A stretch of DNA of 62,967 nt, counting the filler, from Octopus bimaculoides (taxonomy: Eukaryota): NCBI RefSeq assembly GCF_001194135.2. It is 8 parts of 7 records of this genome, joined end to end, with 100 filler letters (N's around TTAATTAATTAA, not from the genome) between each part and the next. Parts side by side here need not be neighbours in the genome. Positions count along the whole stretch, not along the records: positions 37,397 to 52,426 come from NC_068986.1; 7 more parts are not named here. One strand, given 5' to 3'. The translations under genes and the position numbers were made by a program. Below the pieces are notes generated by a model. It saw nothing but the letters and a program-made list of their open reading frames with translations. It was not told the origin of the DNA and searched no databases. Of this stretch, positions 37,651-51,589 are shown piece by piece; position 1 is the first letter of the stretch; the number at the start of each line of letters is the position of its first letter.

Positions 37651-39091
37651 ATATATAGTGAGAGAGAGAGAGAGAGAGAAAGAAGACTTGTCTGAAGCAA
37701 TGCTCTTATGAAATTTTAAACTATCACAATAGAGCCATATGGATAACTTATAAAATCACTAAAACACTTCCCATATTATATTTCCTGCATATTTAGAAAT
37801 ATGCTTTTGATCCTTCATTATCAAACTAATTGAAGTTTCCTTTAATGTTGTTGTTTATTTTCTGAGAAAATGTTGACTGGGATACTTGTTCAGGAAATAA
37901 GCATTATATAATAAGCCTGAAATAATTTTTTAATTTAAAAATGACAAATTTTCTTTATATATCTGACTTTATACCAGAAGTTTTCTTTGGTTTTAGTATT
38001 TTACATTTTGTTCAAAATTTCACTATGAAATTCATTAACTTTTGAGTTGGCATAGAGAAAGAGTCTTGAGCAGCTGCTTTGAATTATCTCCCATCTTTTG
38101 TCATCTGTATCTGGGTGGCATTACCAATACATCATATTCTCTGAAGGCTAATAACTTAGATCATTTGCTACTCAATAGACTAAACTACTGTTGTAACATA
38201 TCAGTTTTCACCTTTATGTCACAGACACCAACTTCTTCAGTTTAAACTAACAAGAAAGTTGTTAAAGGGTTTCCCAACCTATTTGAAATACCAGCCAAAT
38301 TTCCCTCAAATTACACAGATATATTTTAAAGTACACATTAGATGATATAGTCTGAAATACACTTCGCCTAAACAAAAAAGACTGGTTAGAGTACTTTTGA
38401 TCATATATTTACTCAATCAGTGCTGGCTTAGGGCTAAACAAACTTTGCTTCATATTTGTCAATGTGTGGCATATTATCAGTTATATTGCTGTTTTTGTAA
38501 GTCTTAACTAAAAAGAGATAAGTTAAAGTTTGTCTCAAGCCTACATGCCCATTAGGTTGGAGTTTATCTCTGTTTTCACAGAATTTAAGTGACTGAGAAT
38601 ACAAACTCCCTACTAGACAGAATGTCAGTCCATTGCAGTTTTAACTCCCCAGCTGTTGCTAGTACTCACTTTTAGCTGAGTGAACTGAAGCAATTTGAAA
38701 TGATGCCTTGTATTTTTGAGACAGAGTACTTCATTTCATCTGAGATTGGAAACTATTACCCAAAGACTGTGAGCCCAACACCCAAACCACTATAATACCC
38801 ACCTTCAATGAATGAGAAGCTGAAGTGATATATCTGAGTTGTTAAAAATTATTTTTACTGCTTTAATTTAGTTGTATATGATGTTTCAAATTATCAAGAT
38901 GGCTCCTTGATTAAGCTAGCATGAAGAGATGTCGCAGTCTCAGCGTGTGTCTGCGACATCTCCGGCTCTACGTAGACGATGGTGGAAGTAATTAATGAAA
39001 TTCATTTGTGTATATGTTTGTGACATGTGATTCCTTTAATACCCATGTTCTCTCTTGCCTCACTGGTGCTTTGTTGTTCATGCCTACCTAT

Positions 39092-39943
39092 ATTACATGG
39101 AAAAATGTGAGCAAGAGAAATAATATTTGAAGATTATAAACCTGGAGAATTACAGGACAAGTTATTACACTTGGAAAAGTTCAGGACAACTTTTTACATC
39201 TGGCAAAGTACAGAACAAGAACATTTTTTTACTTAAAATATTGCAGCTAAGGATAAAATTTCAAATAAGATATTTAGAAAATATTAATTTTCATTAAAAC
39301 TAAACAACTTGTTATAAGTTATTACTTCTATTTGTTATTACTTGTTATTTCTATTAGAAATAAAAAAAATAACTCAATTAAAATATTTTTGGCACTTAAA
39401 AAAAAAATTCATTTTTTTAATTATTAATTAATAATTATAAATTTGAAGATAGGTTATAAAAAATAATAGTTGTACATAATTAGTTAATACAATAAATAGA
39501 ATAATACAAAAATGAGTTATATATTACAGTAAAATCTACCTATAACAACAAATTCACAGTAAAATTTGTTTGAGTTATTGCCTAAGTTATTGCCAAGTCT
39601 TCACATTTTTAGTCTTGACCCAATGCTTATTTTTCACATAATGAATTTGCCTACCATATATACTATTCCACTTAGCTTAAAACTTTAGCTATATTGGTAC
39701 TTCTGGCTCTCATTTTTTAAGTGTGTCAATATTTTAACAAAATGATTGTACCTTTTTTAATTATAATGTTACTTTGTAAATTAAAATCAAATAATTTTTA
39801 ATATTCAAATTTTATCCTTAGCTGCAATACTTTAAGTTAAAATTTTCTTGTTCTGTACTTTACCAGATGTAATAAATTGTCCTGTAATTTTCCAGGTTTA
39901 TAATCTTAATATTATTTCTCTTGCTCACATTTTCCCATGTAAT
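39092..39943. mobile_element. long-TIR foldback-like element
   Basis: About 170-200-bp inverted arms (attacatggaaaaatgtgagcaagagaaataatat... and ...atattatttctcttgctcacattttcccatgtaat) with internal acaggacaa/ttaca subrepeats. Confidence 0.8.
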
Positions 39944-41605
39944 CCATGTTTTTTTTTCAGGATATGCTATTATGCTAATTAATAATGTGTCAGATGTGTC
40001 AATTAGTGGTGTCGTTGATAATTTTTTCCTTACCTCAATGATGCCAGTGACATATTAAAAGACCCCTTATAGAACTATATTCATAAAAAAGTATAGAACT
40101 ATATTATCACCCTCAAATTTGAGAAACAAGCACTCATAACTTTTTTTCTTTTAAAACTTCATTGCATGAGATTGATACCATGAAATTCCTTGAAATGAGC
40201 TCTATTATTTAAGCTTAATTAAAATATTGTTTGTTTTTAAAATAAAAACGTTAATTATACTTAAATCCCAATTTTTTTGCCTTACTTATATATTTTTTTC
40301 ATGATATTATACCCCACTTTTTTGATACAAATTTTTTGATACAAATTTTTGTTGCATGGGAACAAAACTATGAAATTCTTGATGCTTTTTTCTATCACTG
40401 AAGTTAAGATAAATATATTTTGTTTTTAAAATAAAAAAGTTTAGATCTAAACTTGATTGGTAGTGTTACTTACTCTTCTATAATGTTGCTATGAATTTTG
40501 ATGTAAACTTTTTTCTACTCGATCAAATCTCAATTGTTTTATGCCAAAATGTAGCTAGGGACCAATCCTCTTCAAAAATGTTAAGTTTTCAATTTGGTTA
40601 ATAACTGAATTAGCAACAAGAACTGAAGATGCTTAAGTGGGAGTAAATTGCAGCCTTAAGAATATTATTCAACTACTGCCTTTTGTTTGAAGTGTGAAAC
40701 CATTTGTTGCCAATATTTCATATCCAATGAAGCATACTTCTCATTTTGTTTCAACCTTCACCTCATCTTCAATATGTTGTGCTCATATTTTGCTACCATG
40801 CAGTATTATATTTCATGTACATGCAGCACATAATCTGCCCTTTGCTTGAAGTGCGAAACCATTTGTTGCCAAAATGACTATTAGCTCCATTAACTTTTTA
40901 CACCAACATTATGCTTTTGTATCACCCATCTCTTCTGCTGATTAGGTCATGTTGATAACTGAAGCTGCCAACAACAAGCTTCTGGGCAGTTGATAGAATG
41001 CATTTCTTCTTTGCTCTTACTGATAATTATTCTTGTGTAACTGTTACATATATAATCTTTTATCAGTGATCTTGAATCTTTTGTATACCCATAGTTTATA
41101 TTGGATACAAATTATAGATTTTCTCCTTACACCTTATTGACAGTGACTTCCTTCTATAATTTACATACTGGGGTGTATTAAGCATGAACATATTTGCACA
41201 GGGTATGTTTTTCTGATAATGCAGAAGTGAGTGGATTGTTTTAAGTAATAGAGGCAACTGGTTTAAATAATAATGACATTCATTTTACTGAAATGTGTGT
41301 ATTATTTAAAGCCAACGGCTTAATTGCCTTATCTCAAAATATATATCTTTATATATGCATATATATATGTTTATGTATGTACACTTGTATTTTAAATTTG
41401 TATATGCATATATTTATATGTAGTTTATGTACATATGTGTATGTATATATTCATAGATGCATGTATGTTTATGAATGTACACATGTATTTTATGTATATA
41501 TATGTGCGTGTAAGTCTATGTAGGTCTATTATATTTGTGTTTATATAGGTGTGTTTGTGTGTATATAAATATATATATACACATGCATACATACACCTCT
41601 CTCTG

Positions 41606-41646
<41 letters not shown>

Positions 41647-41676
41647 TACAATTGTGTTTATATATATATGCATACA

Positions 41677-41713
<37 letters not shown>

Positions 41714-41723
41714 NNNNNNNNNN

Positions 41724-41776
<53 letters not shown>

Positions 41777-42055
41777 GTAAATGTTTGTGCACATATATTT
41801 ATGTATATTTGCATACACGTGTATGTATATCTGTGTGTGTATGTGTGTGAGTTAGCCAAATTACTGAGACATAAATTAAGCGTAACCTGTTTGACTAATT
41901 TTCTTCAGTCTGGTGTCACTTCAGTCACGTTTCTGTTGTATACAAAAGCTATCGCTCCATAAGTGGGACATAGTATTATCTCCATATCAGACTACAGAAT
42001 CAGAGGTCATTACGTAAGACCTGTGTATATGCCTGTATACATGTATACATGTAGT

Positions 42056-42115
<60 letters not shown>

Positions 42116-42743
42116 NNNNNNNNNNATATATATATGTATATAATATGTATGTATGTGTATGTATGTTTATGTCTATATATGTGTGTGTGTGTGTGTATAT
42201 AAATGTCATCTGCTCAAAAGACAACTGACAAACAATCTTCTTTTCAACCTGAAAAATGGCAAAATAAATCATTATTTCAACCAGGAAACCCTGGGTAGCT
42301 GTATTTAATAAGATCTGGGGTTTTATTATAAGATTATCTTTACACTCTTAACTGACTGAGTGCTTTTCAAATAGTCGAAACCTTATCACATAAATTACAT
42401 GTATATATGTGTGTGTGTGTGTGTGTGTAGATGAAATAGCACAAGTGGAAAGAGAATAAGATATGGACGACAGATGGACAACGTGAGATGTTACAACAGA
42501 TAGACAAATAAGGTAAAGTGATGTATAAAATATAAGCACCCACAAAAAGGAAACAAATTATGCACAGTGAATAGTATGTCAGAAAATGGAAATAGAAAGG
42601 AAGACTGGCTTTTTGGGTAAACCCTTTGACAAAATAAAATAAGATAAAAGAAACAAAGAAAAGGAATACTACATATATATATGTATTTCTATATGTAGGT
42701 GTTTGTATATATGTATTTGTGTATGTGTGTTTGTGAGTGTATG

Positions 42744-42785
<42 letters not shown>

Positions 42786-43084
42786 GTTCTGTGGCATAGT
42801 GGTTAGAGTATTTGGTGTATGATTGTAAGGTCGTGAGTTCAATACCTGGCACTGTGTTTTGTCCTCAAACAAGACACTTTTATATTGCTTCAGTCCACTC
42901 AGCTGGCAAAAGAGAGTAGTACTTGTATTTCAAAGGGCCAGCCTTATCACATCCTGTGTCATACTGAATCTCCCTGAGAACTATATTAAGGGTATGTGTG
43001 TCTGTGGAGTGCTATTTGATCTCAAGCAGATTGTGTGGCTTTTTAGTGGCAGTTTGCCCAATAGGTCTGGGATTGCAGGATGGA

Positions 43085-43500
43085 CTTGTTGGCATGTTGA
43101 ACAAAATGCTTGGCAGCATTTCTTCCTGCTCTTTACATTCTTAGTTTAAATTCTGCCCAGTATAAAATAAATACCAGTTGAGCACTGAGGTTGATGTAAT
43201 CGATTTGTCGTCCCCTCTCTCAAAATTTCAAACATTGTGCCTATAGTAGAAAGAAATTATTAGGTGGGGGGCAGTGAAGTAGCAGACCTGTTAGAGCCTC
43301 AGCTAAAATATTTTTCAGCATTTGTTCCGGCTCTTTACATTTGAAGATGGCAAGCTGGTAGAATTACTAGCATACTAGTTCAAATGCTGCTGAGGTTAAC
43401 TTTCCTTTCATCCTTTTGGGGTCGATAAAATAAGTACCAATCAAGTACTAGGTTTCGATGCAGTTGACTAATCCTGGCCTCAAAAATTTCAGAATTATTA
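43085..43500 (+). mobile_element. cluster of partial family C SINEs
   Basis: Repeated taccagttgagcactgaggttgatgtaatcga and cctttcatccttttggggtcgataaaataagtacc. Confidence 0.65.
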
Positions 43501-44293
43501 TTACATATTTTCTTTCTTTTTACCTCACAAATTAATGGATATGAAATTAGTAATTCTCATGTAAACACTGTTCATCCCAACAAATAAAAGGTCATTATAA
43601 CATTAAGCCATAAATAAAGGCTGTAGAACCAGACCTAAAAAACCGTTACTATTCATTCAAATAAATTACCAAAGATTATTGTGTTTTTTTTTGCTCCTAA
43701 TTTGCTCATATTCCTTGGCAGTAATATTTTTGTGGTTCTTTATTTTCTAAATCAGGTTATTAGTGTGCCATTTCTATTACTTTCTATGTTTCACTGTAAA
43801 GTCTTTTTTCTCTCTCCTGGTGAATAATGAATGACATTTTTTTTTTACCTCTTGAATATCATTTTCAAGTGTTTTAAAATTTCCACTTCAATGTTAACTT
43901 ACAATTATTTTCATTGGGGTTTTAAGTTGTTTGCATGGGATATTATCTTCTGCAATACTAAAGTCTAATTTTACTGATACTGTATTGCAGATATTGTCAG
44001 TTTGACATCAACTATACTTATTGCCAATTATATCATACGAGAACTTATATTAGGTTTGTCTCAATAAAAAAAGAAGTCTCGCAATTTTTTATAGTTAATT
44101 CTTTTTTACTACTAGTGATACAAAATTTGGGTATTTGATGTTAGTATGTTTGTAAAAGTGCTTGGTGTGTGAAACATGAATATGTTGTTTTATGTCAATT
44201 CACAGACTACAGATATAATTTGACAACAAAAGTCGATACAATTTATAAGCTTGGTGGGATTTGAAAGGTTCATATGCCAATGGAAAATATATA

Positions 44294-46315
44294 TCTACTA
44301 CATATGTGGAAAATCGGTGTGTGTTTGTTTGTGGCGCTGTTAGCTAACTCCTCCTACATCATTTTATTGATTTTGATGAAACTTGACATGTGAGTAGAAC
44401 TCATGTCTGGAAACCTTGTGACATGCTTAGATTGTTGAAAAAAAAATCAATAATACGGCCCCTGAAAGGGATCTTTATATCTATCTCATATAAACACCCA
44501 ATAGTAATAACCCATAGCACTTGCTTAATATTTTTTTAACTACTCAAGGGAAATAACCCATAGCACCTGCACTTACAGTTGTTGGTTTTTAGTGAAGCGA
44601 TCAATATTTGATTCTCACGATCAGCTGACCTAATTCTGCATTTCACTGCTCACAGTTTTCAGCTGCTAAACCTTATTATTGCACTTTCTTGATGCATGCA
44701 CACTTTCAATGCCCATACCACCGATAATTCTGCATTTTTCCAGTTAAACGTTTCTGATGACAGTACATAGATTTTTGATTCCAGAACGTATTTAATAAGT
44801 GTGCTCCAATACAATGAACTCATACTTTCAATGCTTAAAATTCTTAAAAAATAAAACCAAACTTCCACACCACATTCAGTTGGGACACCCTGTATCACTT
44901 ATACTTATTTTACAAATCATAGTATTTATTGTTTATTTACAGTTCATACAACATTTTCATGAAACTAACTGAGCCATCGAATTTAGAAATATCTTATAGG
45001 TTTCATTGATTATGTTTGATTACTTTGAATATTGATTTTTTTGTGTGTCCTATTTCTAATTTTTGCAGACAATGTCACTGTTATTACTTTATTTGACACT
45101 TGTGTAGAACTCAAGTCAGGAAACCTCGTGAAATACTTAGATTGTTGAAAAAAATTGATAATAGGGCCCCTCCAATGGATCCTTCTATCTGCTACATATT
45201 ACTAATATTTTATTTAAATAACCCAAGGGGAATAACCCATACCACCTGCAGATTTTAGCAAAGTGATCAATGTTTGATTCTCACAACCAGCCAACCTAAT
45301 TCTGCATTTCACTACTCAGTTTTGAACTGCTAAACATTATTATTGCACTTCCTTTATTTGAATATTAAATCTTAAAGACTTCATTCATACATTTCTATAC
45401 ATACATACTTTTTTGAATGCTCATTACTCTGATAATTCTGCATTTTCACAGTTTCACTTTTTTCCATGACAGTAGATACATTTTTTATTCCACAATGCAT
45501 TTGTAGTGGCTTCATGCAGGCATAGCGCGGATTCAATCCCCGATTGCCAAGTTTCACTTAACACTTCAACAGTGCTTTTCTCATGGTAAAACAATAGTTT
45601 TTCTGTGAATGACAGCAGTTATACATTTCTCAGATGCCTTCGCTTAGCAGAATGATGCCTTTACCACTTGACCCTTCTNNNNNNNNNNNNNNNNNNNNNN
45701 NNNNNNNNNNNNNNNNNNNNNNNNNNNNNNNNNNNNNNNNNNNNNNNNNNNNNNNNNNNNNNNNNNNNNNNNNNNNNNNNNNNNNNNNNNNNNNNNNNNN
45801 NNNNNNNNNNNNNNNNNNNNNNNNNNNNNNNNNNNNNNNNNNNNNNNNNNNNNNNNNNNNNNNNNNNNNNNNNNNNNNNNNNNNNNNNNNNNNNNNNNNN
45901 NNNNNNNNNNNNNNNNNNNNNNNNNNNNNNNNNNNNNNNNNNNNNNNNNNNNNNNNNNNNNNNNNNNNNNNNNNNNNNNNNNNNNNNNNNNNNNNNNNNN
46001 NNNNNNNNNNNNNNNNNNNNNNNNNNNNNNNNNNNNNNNNNNNNNNNNNNNNNNNNACTTCATTCATATATTTATATACATATATACTACATTTATATAT
46101 TACCTTTAATAAATTAGCCTTCATAAAACCTCTCTGAAAACCTCTCTCGCCAATCTCCAACTATCTCTTCCTCCTCCAGCTGACAGTTTTTTGTACTTTT
46201 TCGTGACGGAAAATACACCTTTTGTGGCAGTTATAACGAAATTACTTTCTATCAGAGTAATAAGGCGTTTCATTAGAACCTCTTTATCCCTGGGAATTAC
46301 CGGATACACCAGCTA

Positions 46316-46316
<1 letters not shown>
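44294..46316 (+). mobile_element. non-autonomous Helitron-like element
   Basis: 5' A|TCtactac with a gtttgtttgt tract; 3' imperfect hairpin then caccagCTAG|T. The A^T insertion site fits Helitron ends. That both ends belong to one element is inferred across an internal gap. Confidence 0.6.
44385..45500 (+). repeat. diverged ~700-bp-period tandem duplication
   Basis: gtagaactca...cttagattgttgaaaaaa...ataacccata...tttgattctcac...cctaattctgcatttcact...attattgcacttt at about 44385-44795 and again at about 45095-45500. Confidence 0.75.
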
Positions 46317-46346
<30 letters not shown>

Positions 46347-46350
<4 letters not shown>

Positions 46351-46553
46351 ATTATTGAAAAGTAACTCCCTATCTTAACATACTAATAAATTATTTATTA
46401 ATTGTAATTTTTACAAAAAAGTGAATATGAAAGGATAGCTTTTAGCATGAGGTTTTTATTTAAAATTCAAAAAACAAATCCCAAAAATTTGAGAAAAAAA
46501 TTACAATTAATAATTCATAAGTATTTTAAAATAGGGAGTTACTTTTCAGTTAC

Positions 46554-46558
<5 letters not shown>
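46347..46558. mobile_element. Tc1/mariner-type MITE
   Basis: TIRs tgaaaagtaactccctat and atagggagttacttttca; between (TA)n and (TG)n. Confidence 0.8.
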
Positions 46559-46591
<33 letters not shown>

Positions 46592-48737
46592 TGTGGAAAC
46601 ACTGCTGGATATTATTATTAGAGAAGTATTTTCAATGCCCGCTCAAGGTTAAATATTTCTTCATTACATGTAAACAACATAGCTTCCTTCACCTATACCT
46701 ATGTCCATCACATTGTTTACATGCAAGATTATGAGGTTGATTCATACATAGTTTATTTGTATTTCTTCCTTTATGTGTGTGCTTAGAAATGTCAATGTAT
46801 GTTACATGCACACTTCCATGGAGAGATGCTGGAAACATTAGAATGAGTTGGCTTCACAAGTCCCTCCTTTCACTAAGTATGTTGTGTTGGAAGATACTTT
46901 TCTTGATGATTCAGTTATTGTTGTCAATTGTTAGAAAGGTGAGGGGATGCACCAGAGAAAGAAATCCCAGAAGATTTGGATTAATGGATCAAGCTATGAA
47001 GTTTATAAAAGACACATCACAAAGTTAGTGCAAGACATGAGCAGAATATAATTTTGTTTTCTATTCTGTGGTTCCGTGCTTTATTAGTATAGGACCACAG
47101 ATATTTATATTATGAAAAATAACAGCAGAGGCTAAAAAAAATATTTGAAACGGGAAGTATTTTGAGATGTTGTTTAATTTGAGGCGAGTCCTAACTGAGT
47201 AGATTGATGACCATCCTATCATTTGGGTTTATATTGAATATGATTTTCAGTGTACCCTTCCTATCTTAAGAGCATAAGGATGTGATATGAGCATGTTTTG
47301 TTTTCTAATAAGGCATGGTACCACAAATAATTGAAGGAAACACATGACAAAAAATAAACAACTCTATCTTATATAGAGCTTTGTTAAAACCCTCTCTCTA
47401 CACATTAACATAGTGGGCAATGAGCAAGTTTGACTCATATAAATAACTCAGTTGATGGCAGCATATATGAAAGTACTAAATACTGTATATGTATACAGGC
47501 AGTCAGCTTGCTGAGGAATTTAGTTTGCTGGTGGTTGTCTCTCAAAACTTGTCTTAACCTTCTCTTCATAATTTTAGTCTTTCAAAGCAATCACATGAGT
47601 ATTTGGAACTGGATGACCATACATTGTAGTTGCATGTCAGCATAGTAGAAAATAATTGCTAAAGTAACAAGGATAATGAAGATGAAATATGCATATAAAA
47701 CTAATTATTTTAATCATGTGTAACAAGAAATATATGAGAAACATATTGTTTATAGTTTTTATATGAAGTGAATAGTATTTTGTTATGAGAGCTTACTTTT
47801 CTTTTCTAAGTAGATTGCATTAAATGTGATATATTTTGGCACCATTCATCATTGTGGAATTCTGAATTACATATATTAGTCATTGCTCTAAAGTGTTGTT
47901 TGATGACAATAACAGAGACACTTGTTAGTCCTTGAATTATTATTTTAAGTCTTTAATAGATGTTTGCTGCTGCTAAGTAAACTTTTCCCATTCCACTCCT
48001 ATTGACATGGAATATAATAGTTGCTCTACCAAAAGTGGCATCATTAAAAGCATGTCTTGTCTCAATTTCCTCTCTTGACTCTGGTGCATTACATTTTCTT
48101 TCTGTTTAATTGTATGGTTTTGATTGTTAAAGCAACACATGGATACATAAAAAAAAAAATATAGTTTTATAATTGAAAAACTACAAATTATAAAACTATC
48201 CTACATCTAGGACTAGAATTAGTAACCAAATCACCTTCAAATCATACTCTATGCTTGCTTTTAAAATATGAAGGCTACATAAAAAATTGTATTGTAAAAT
48301 ATACAAAAAAGACAGCATAGCTTGGCTGGGATGCCTTTACTCATATATTTCTGCTCAGGCAGGGCTTACTTGGGGCTAAACAACATCACAAATTGTTCCT
48401 TGTTTCCATAGCCTCTGCTGCTTGTATCCTTTTACCTGTTTACATTTCTTCTTTTTTCCTTTACTTTAAACATGAACCCTTGTTTTCATAGTCCCCAGTT
48501 GTTGTTTTATTGACCTAATGTAGAACATTTACTCAAGGTTTATCATTTATTTACTGTGCCTGACTTTTCTTTCTTTCTGTAAATAGTTTTCGAAAAGGTT
48601 TTGTTGAATCTGTTAATATTATAATAAAATATTGTAACCTATTTGAGTGGACTGACCAACACTTAACAACTATGCTAATATGTTGTTCATTTTTGTTTTC
48701 TATTTGCAATCACTGCCAACATGGAAAGCGAACAAAC

Positions 48738-48786
<49 letters not shown>

Positions 48787-48816
48787 TCCGCCTTAGCAAA
48801 GGTGGAGGTATTGTTT

Positions 48817-50070
48817 TCAGTCGTGTTTTCTCAAGAGATGGGCTGTTGAAGTTAGTACAACCTTTTGGACATCATGTATGTTTGATTTTCCCAGTATTTT
48901 ATCAATGAAGATTGAAGACCCATTTTTAACCATGCCTAGTGATCCTACTACTGCCGGTAGAGTAACTGTTTTCAGTTTCCATATTCTGCTAATTTCTATC
49001 TCTATGTCCTTGTATTTAGCTAACTTTTTGAAATCTTTGACCGAGATATTTTGATCAGCTGATATTGTCATATCTATTATATAGCAGCCATTTTGTTGAT
49101 GATCTGTGATAATAATATTGGGTCTATTGGCATTTATCTGTTTGTCAGTATGAACAGTAAAGCCCCACAGAATAGTAACTTTATTACCCTTTGTGGCTGG
49201 TTTCAAGTGGTGTTCATGCCCGGGGTTTTTTAGGAATGGGAATGTCTTAATGACAACAGATGTTCCAATGTAGGTACTGCCCCATTTGGTCATGTCTGGC
49301 ATTGTATTCCGTTATAGAGCAGTCAGCCACAATGTGATTGATGGTTCCAATACTTTTGCCACATAGGTCAGCACCATTGTGGAGAATGTTTACTTGGTAG
49401 TTTGCTATGTGTGAATAGAGATTGATCCATTATAAACCTTCTGTTTCTGCCTTTAGACCTGAACTGTGCAACCACTGATATGTTCTTTGTTTATCTATAT
49501 CTGCTTTCCTTATCCAGTTGAGAGACTGACCGTGGAGTGATTTCTTTTGTCATTTGTTTATAAGCTTTCCCAGGCCTTCTTTATTAACTTTTTGTTTGTC
49601 ATATGTTGTTGTTACTATTGGTATTGCAGCTTCAGCATCATCTACATCCAAGTTTAGTTCTCTTTTATACTTCTGTGCCTCTTTAATGACTTTTTGTTCC
49701 CTTTGTGTTGATTTACTAGCTCTATCATCTCCAGTTGTAGTTATTCTGGATGTATGGATTAAAGCCTATTGTGGTGGTCTTGTAGGATAATTCTAGCTGG
49801 ATGGGGTCTCTACCACCCTCAGGTGGAATTCTATGAACGTCAGTTTTTGGATGATGCATCTTGTTTGTTGTCATTAGTTTTCTCATTTATGTGTCCATTT
49901 GTTGGAGTTCATTTATATTCCAATTAATTATAACTGGACTGTACCACTTGGATGGCAAATGAATTAATGGTTTGAATCCTATTTTAGAAATTCAGTTCTA
50001 TTATCATAATCAGTCTTACTCTCCTATAATATTCTTTCCTGATTTTTTCCTTCATGGCTTTGTGTTGGAT
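48817..50070 (-). mobile_element. R4/Dong-like RLE non-LTR retrotransposon, decayed 3' half
   Basis: Minus translation with frameshifts: YYRRVRL..ELN..NRIQTINSFAI; LHGQ; YQWLHSSGLKAETEG; decayed CCHC (LCGKSIGTINHIVADCS); RLE domain ANRPNIIITD...IIDMTIS...KLAKYKDI...STAHLLRK. Confidence 0.9.
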
Positions 50071-50073
50071 CCC

Positions 50074-50106
<33 letters not shown>

Positions 50107-50535
50107 GTTCAGTAGTTTTATTTTTATAACGTGCTTTCACTTCACTACCGAGCGCAGCTCTGTGCGCCTTGGGTATGTGCTGTGGTTTGCTGTGGTGCTC
50201 TTATGTTTACTGTATTGAAAGTGTTTTGCGTAGAATGTGTGCAGTACCCAGTAGTGCAATTTTCTGTATGTTATATATATTTGTAAGTCCTGCTGTTTTT
50301 GTTATGTATTTGTCTGAATATTTTTTTATTATACCTAAGGCACCTACTATGATAGGAATTGTTTCTGTTTTTAGATTCCACATTCGAGTTATCTCTATTT
50401 CCAGGTCTTTGTATTTTGAAAGTTTTCCATTTCTTTTAGAGAAACGTTGTCATCTGCTGGTATTGATACATCAATTAGAAAGCATTTTTTTTCTTCATGA
50501 TCTTTGACAACTATATCTGGTCTATTTGCCTTAAT
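50107..50535 (-). mobile_element. R4/Dong-like RLE retrotransposon, 5'-truncated with intact 3' end
   Basis: KANRPDIVVKDHEEKKCFLIDVSIPADDNVSL...KYKDLEIEITRMWNLKTETIPIIVGALG...LLGTAHILRKTLSIQ*, then a 3' UTR; (TAA)n on both sides. Confidence 0.9.
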
Positions 50536-50571
50536 TATTATTATTATTATTATTATTATGACAACGATGAC

Positions 50572-50795
50572 GACGGCGAGCTGGCAGAAACGTTAGCATG
50601 CCAGACGAAATGCTTAGCGGTATTTTGTCTGCCATTACGTTCTGAGTTCAAATTCCGCAGAGGTCGACTTTGCCTTTCATCCTTTCAAGGTCAATAAAGT
50701 AAGTACCCGTTGAGCACTAGGGTTGATGTGATTGACTATCTCCTCCCCCCAAAATCCAGGCCTTGTGCCTATAGTAGAAAGGATTATTATGATTA
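50572..50795 (+). mobile_element. family C SINE between (TTA)n tracts
   Basis: Full consensus ggcgagctggcagaaacgttagc...tatagtagaaaggattattat. Confidence 0.85.
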
Positions 50796-51589
50796 TTATT
50801 AGATATCACAAACTTTTGACTGTTATGTGTTTTCACTTTAAAGTTATTTGCTGGGCTTTTGAAAAGATATTAGTATATTTGATATCAGTAAATACATTTA
50901 GTATTAAAACAGGTCTTAATAACGAGAGGTTGAGATGTTGGTCATAAGTTTAGAATTTGCTACAGTCTTTGCTTGTTAATCTTATCTCTGTTTAAGTAGA
51001 TGGAAATAGATACGATTTCTACTTCATAAAGTGTTGTGGTTTGTGGTAAAAAAATGTTTCTGTTAAAGAAAAAAAAAGCTCTAACAATATGCATATGTTC
51101 ACAAATTTCATTTCCCCTTATTGCTATCTGTGGAAAAATAAACTAGCGACTATTTTGATTTATATTACATACTTGAATCTACTAACTGAAGCTTTTAGGT
51201 GCAAAGGAGAGCATAAATGTGATCTGTTTTGTAAATAAATAAATTGCTATATATTATCCCCTCTGATGCGCTCCCCTTCCACCACCCCCACCCCGTTTCT
51301 CTAACTATACATTTCTGTCTTAAATTCATGATTATTTATGTGTCTCTATTCTCTATTCTATTCTCTATATCACTTGATTTATCGTTTTCGGCTCTACTTT
51401 CTTGAAGTTTTGCTTCTTAGCCCAAACCTAACTGAAATTTGTCTCTCCCCACCTTTAAAAATTATGATTTTAACTCTCATTTCTGTTACCGATTTAAACA
51501 TTTAATCTCACGGTTAAACACTGCTGTGTTTCTTTCAACTTTTTTCTAAAAACCCCAACGAATTTGAGACCAGCATGATGTCCTGCTGN

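Noticed and set aside
40676-40872. 38-bp direct repeat 159 bp apart
   Set aside because: Three mismatches in old decayed AT-rich sequence; most likely an internal repeat of an ancient transposon, with no further signal.
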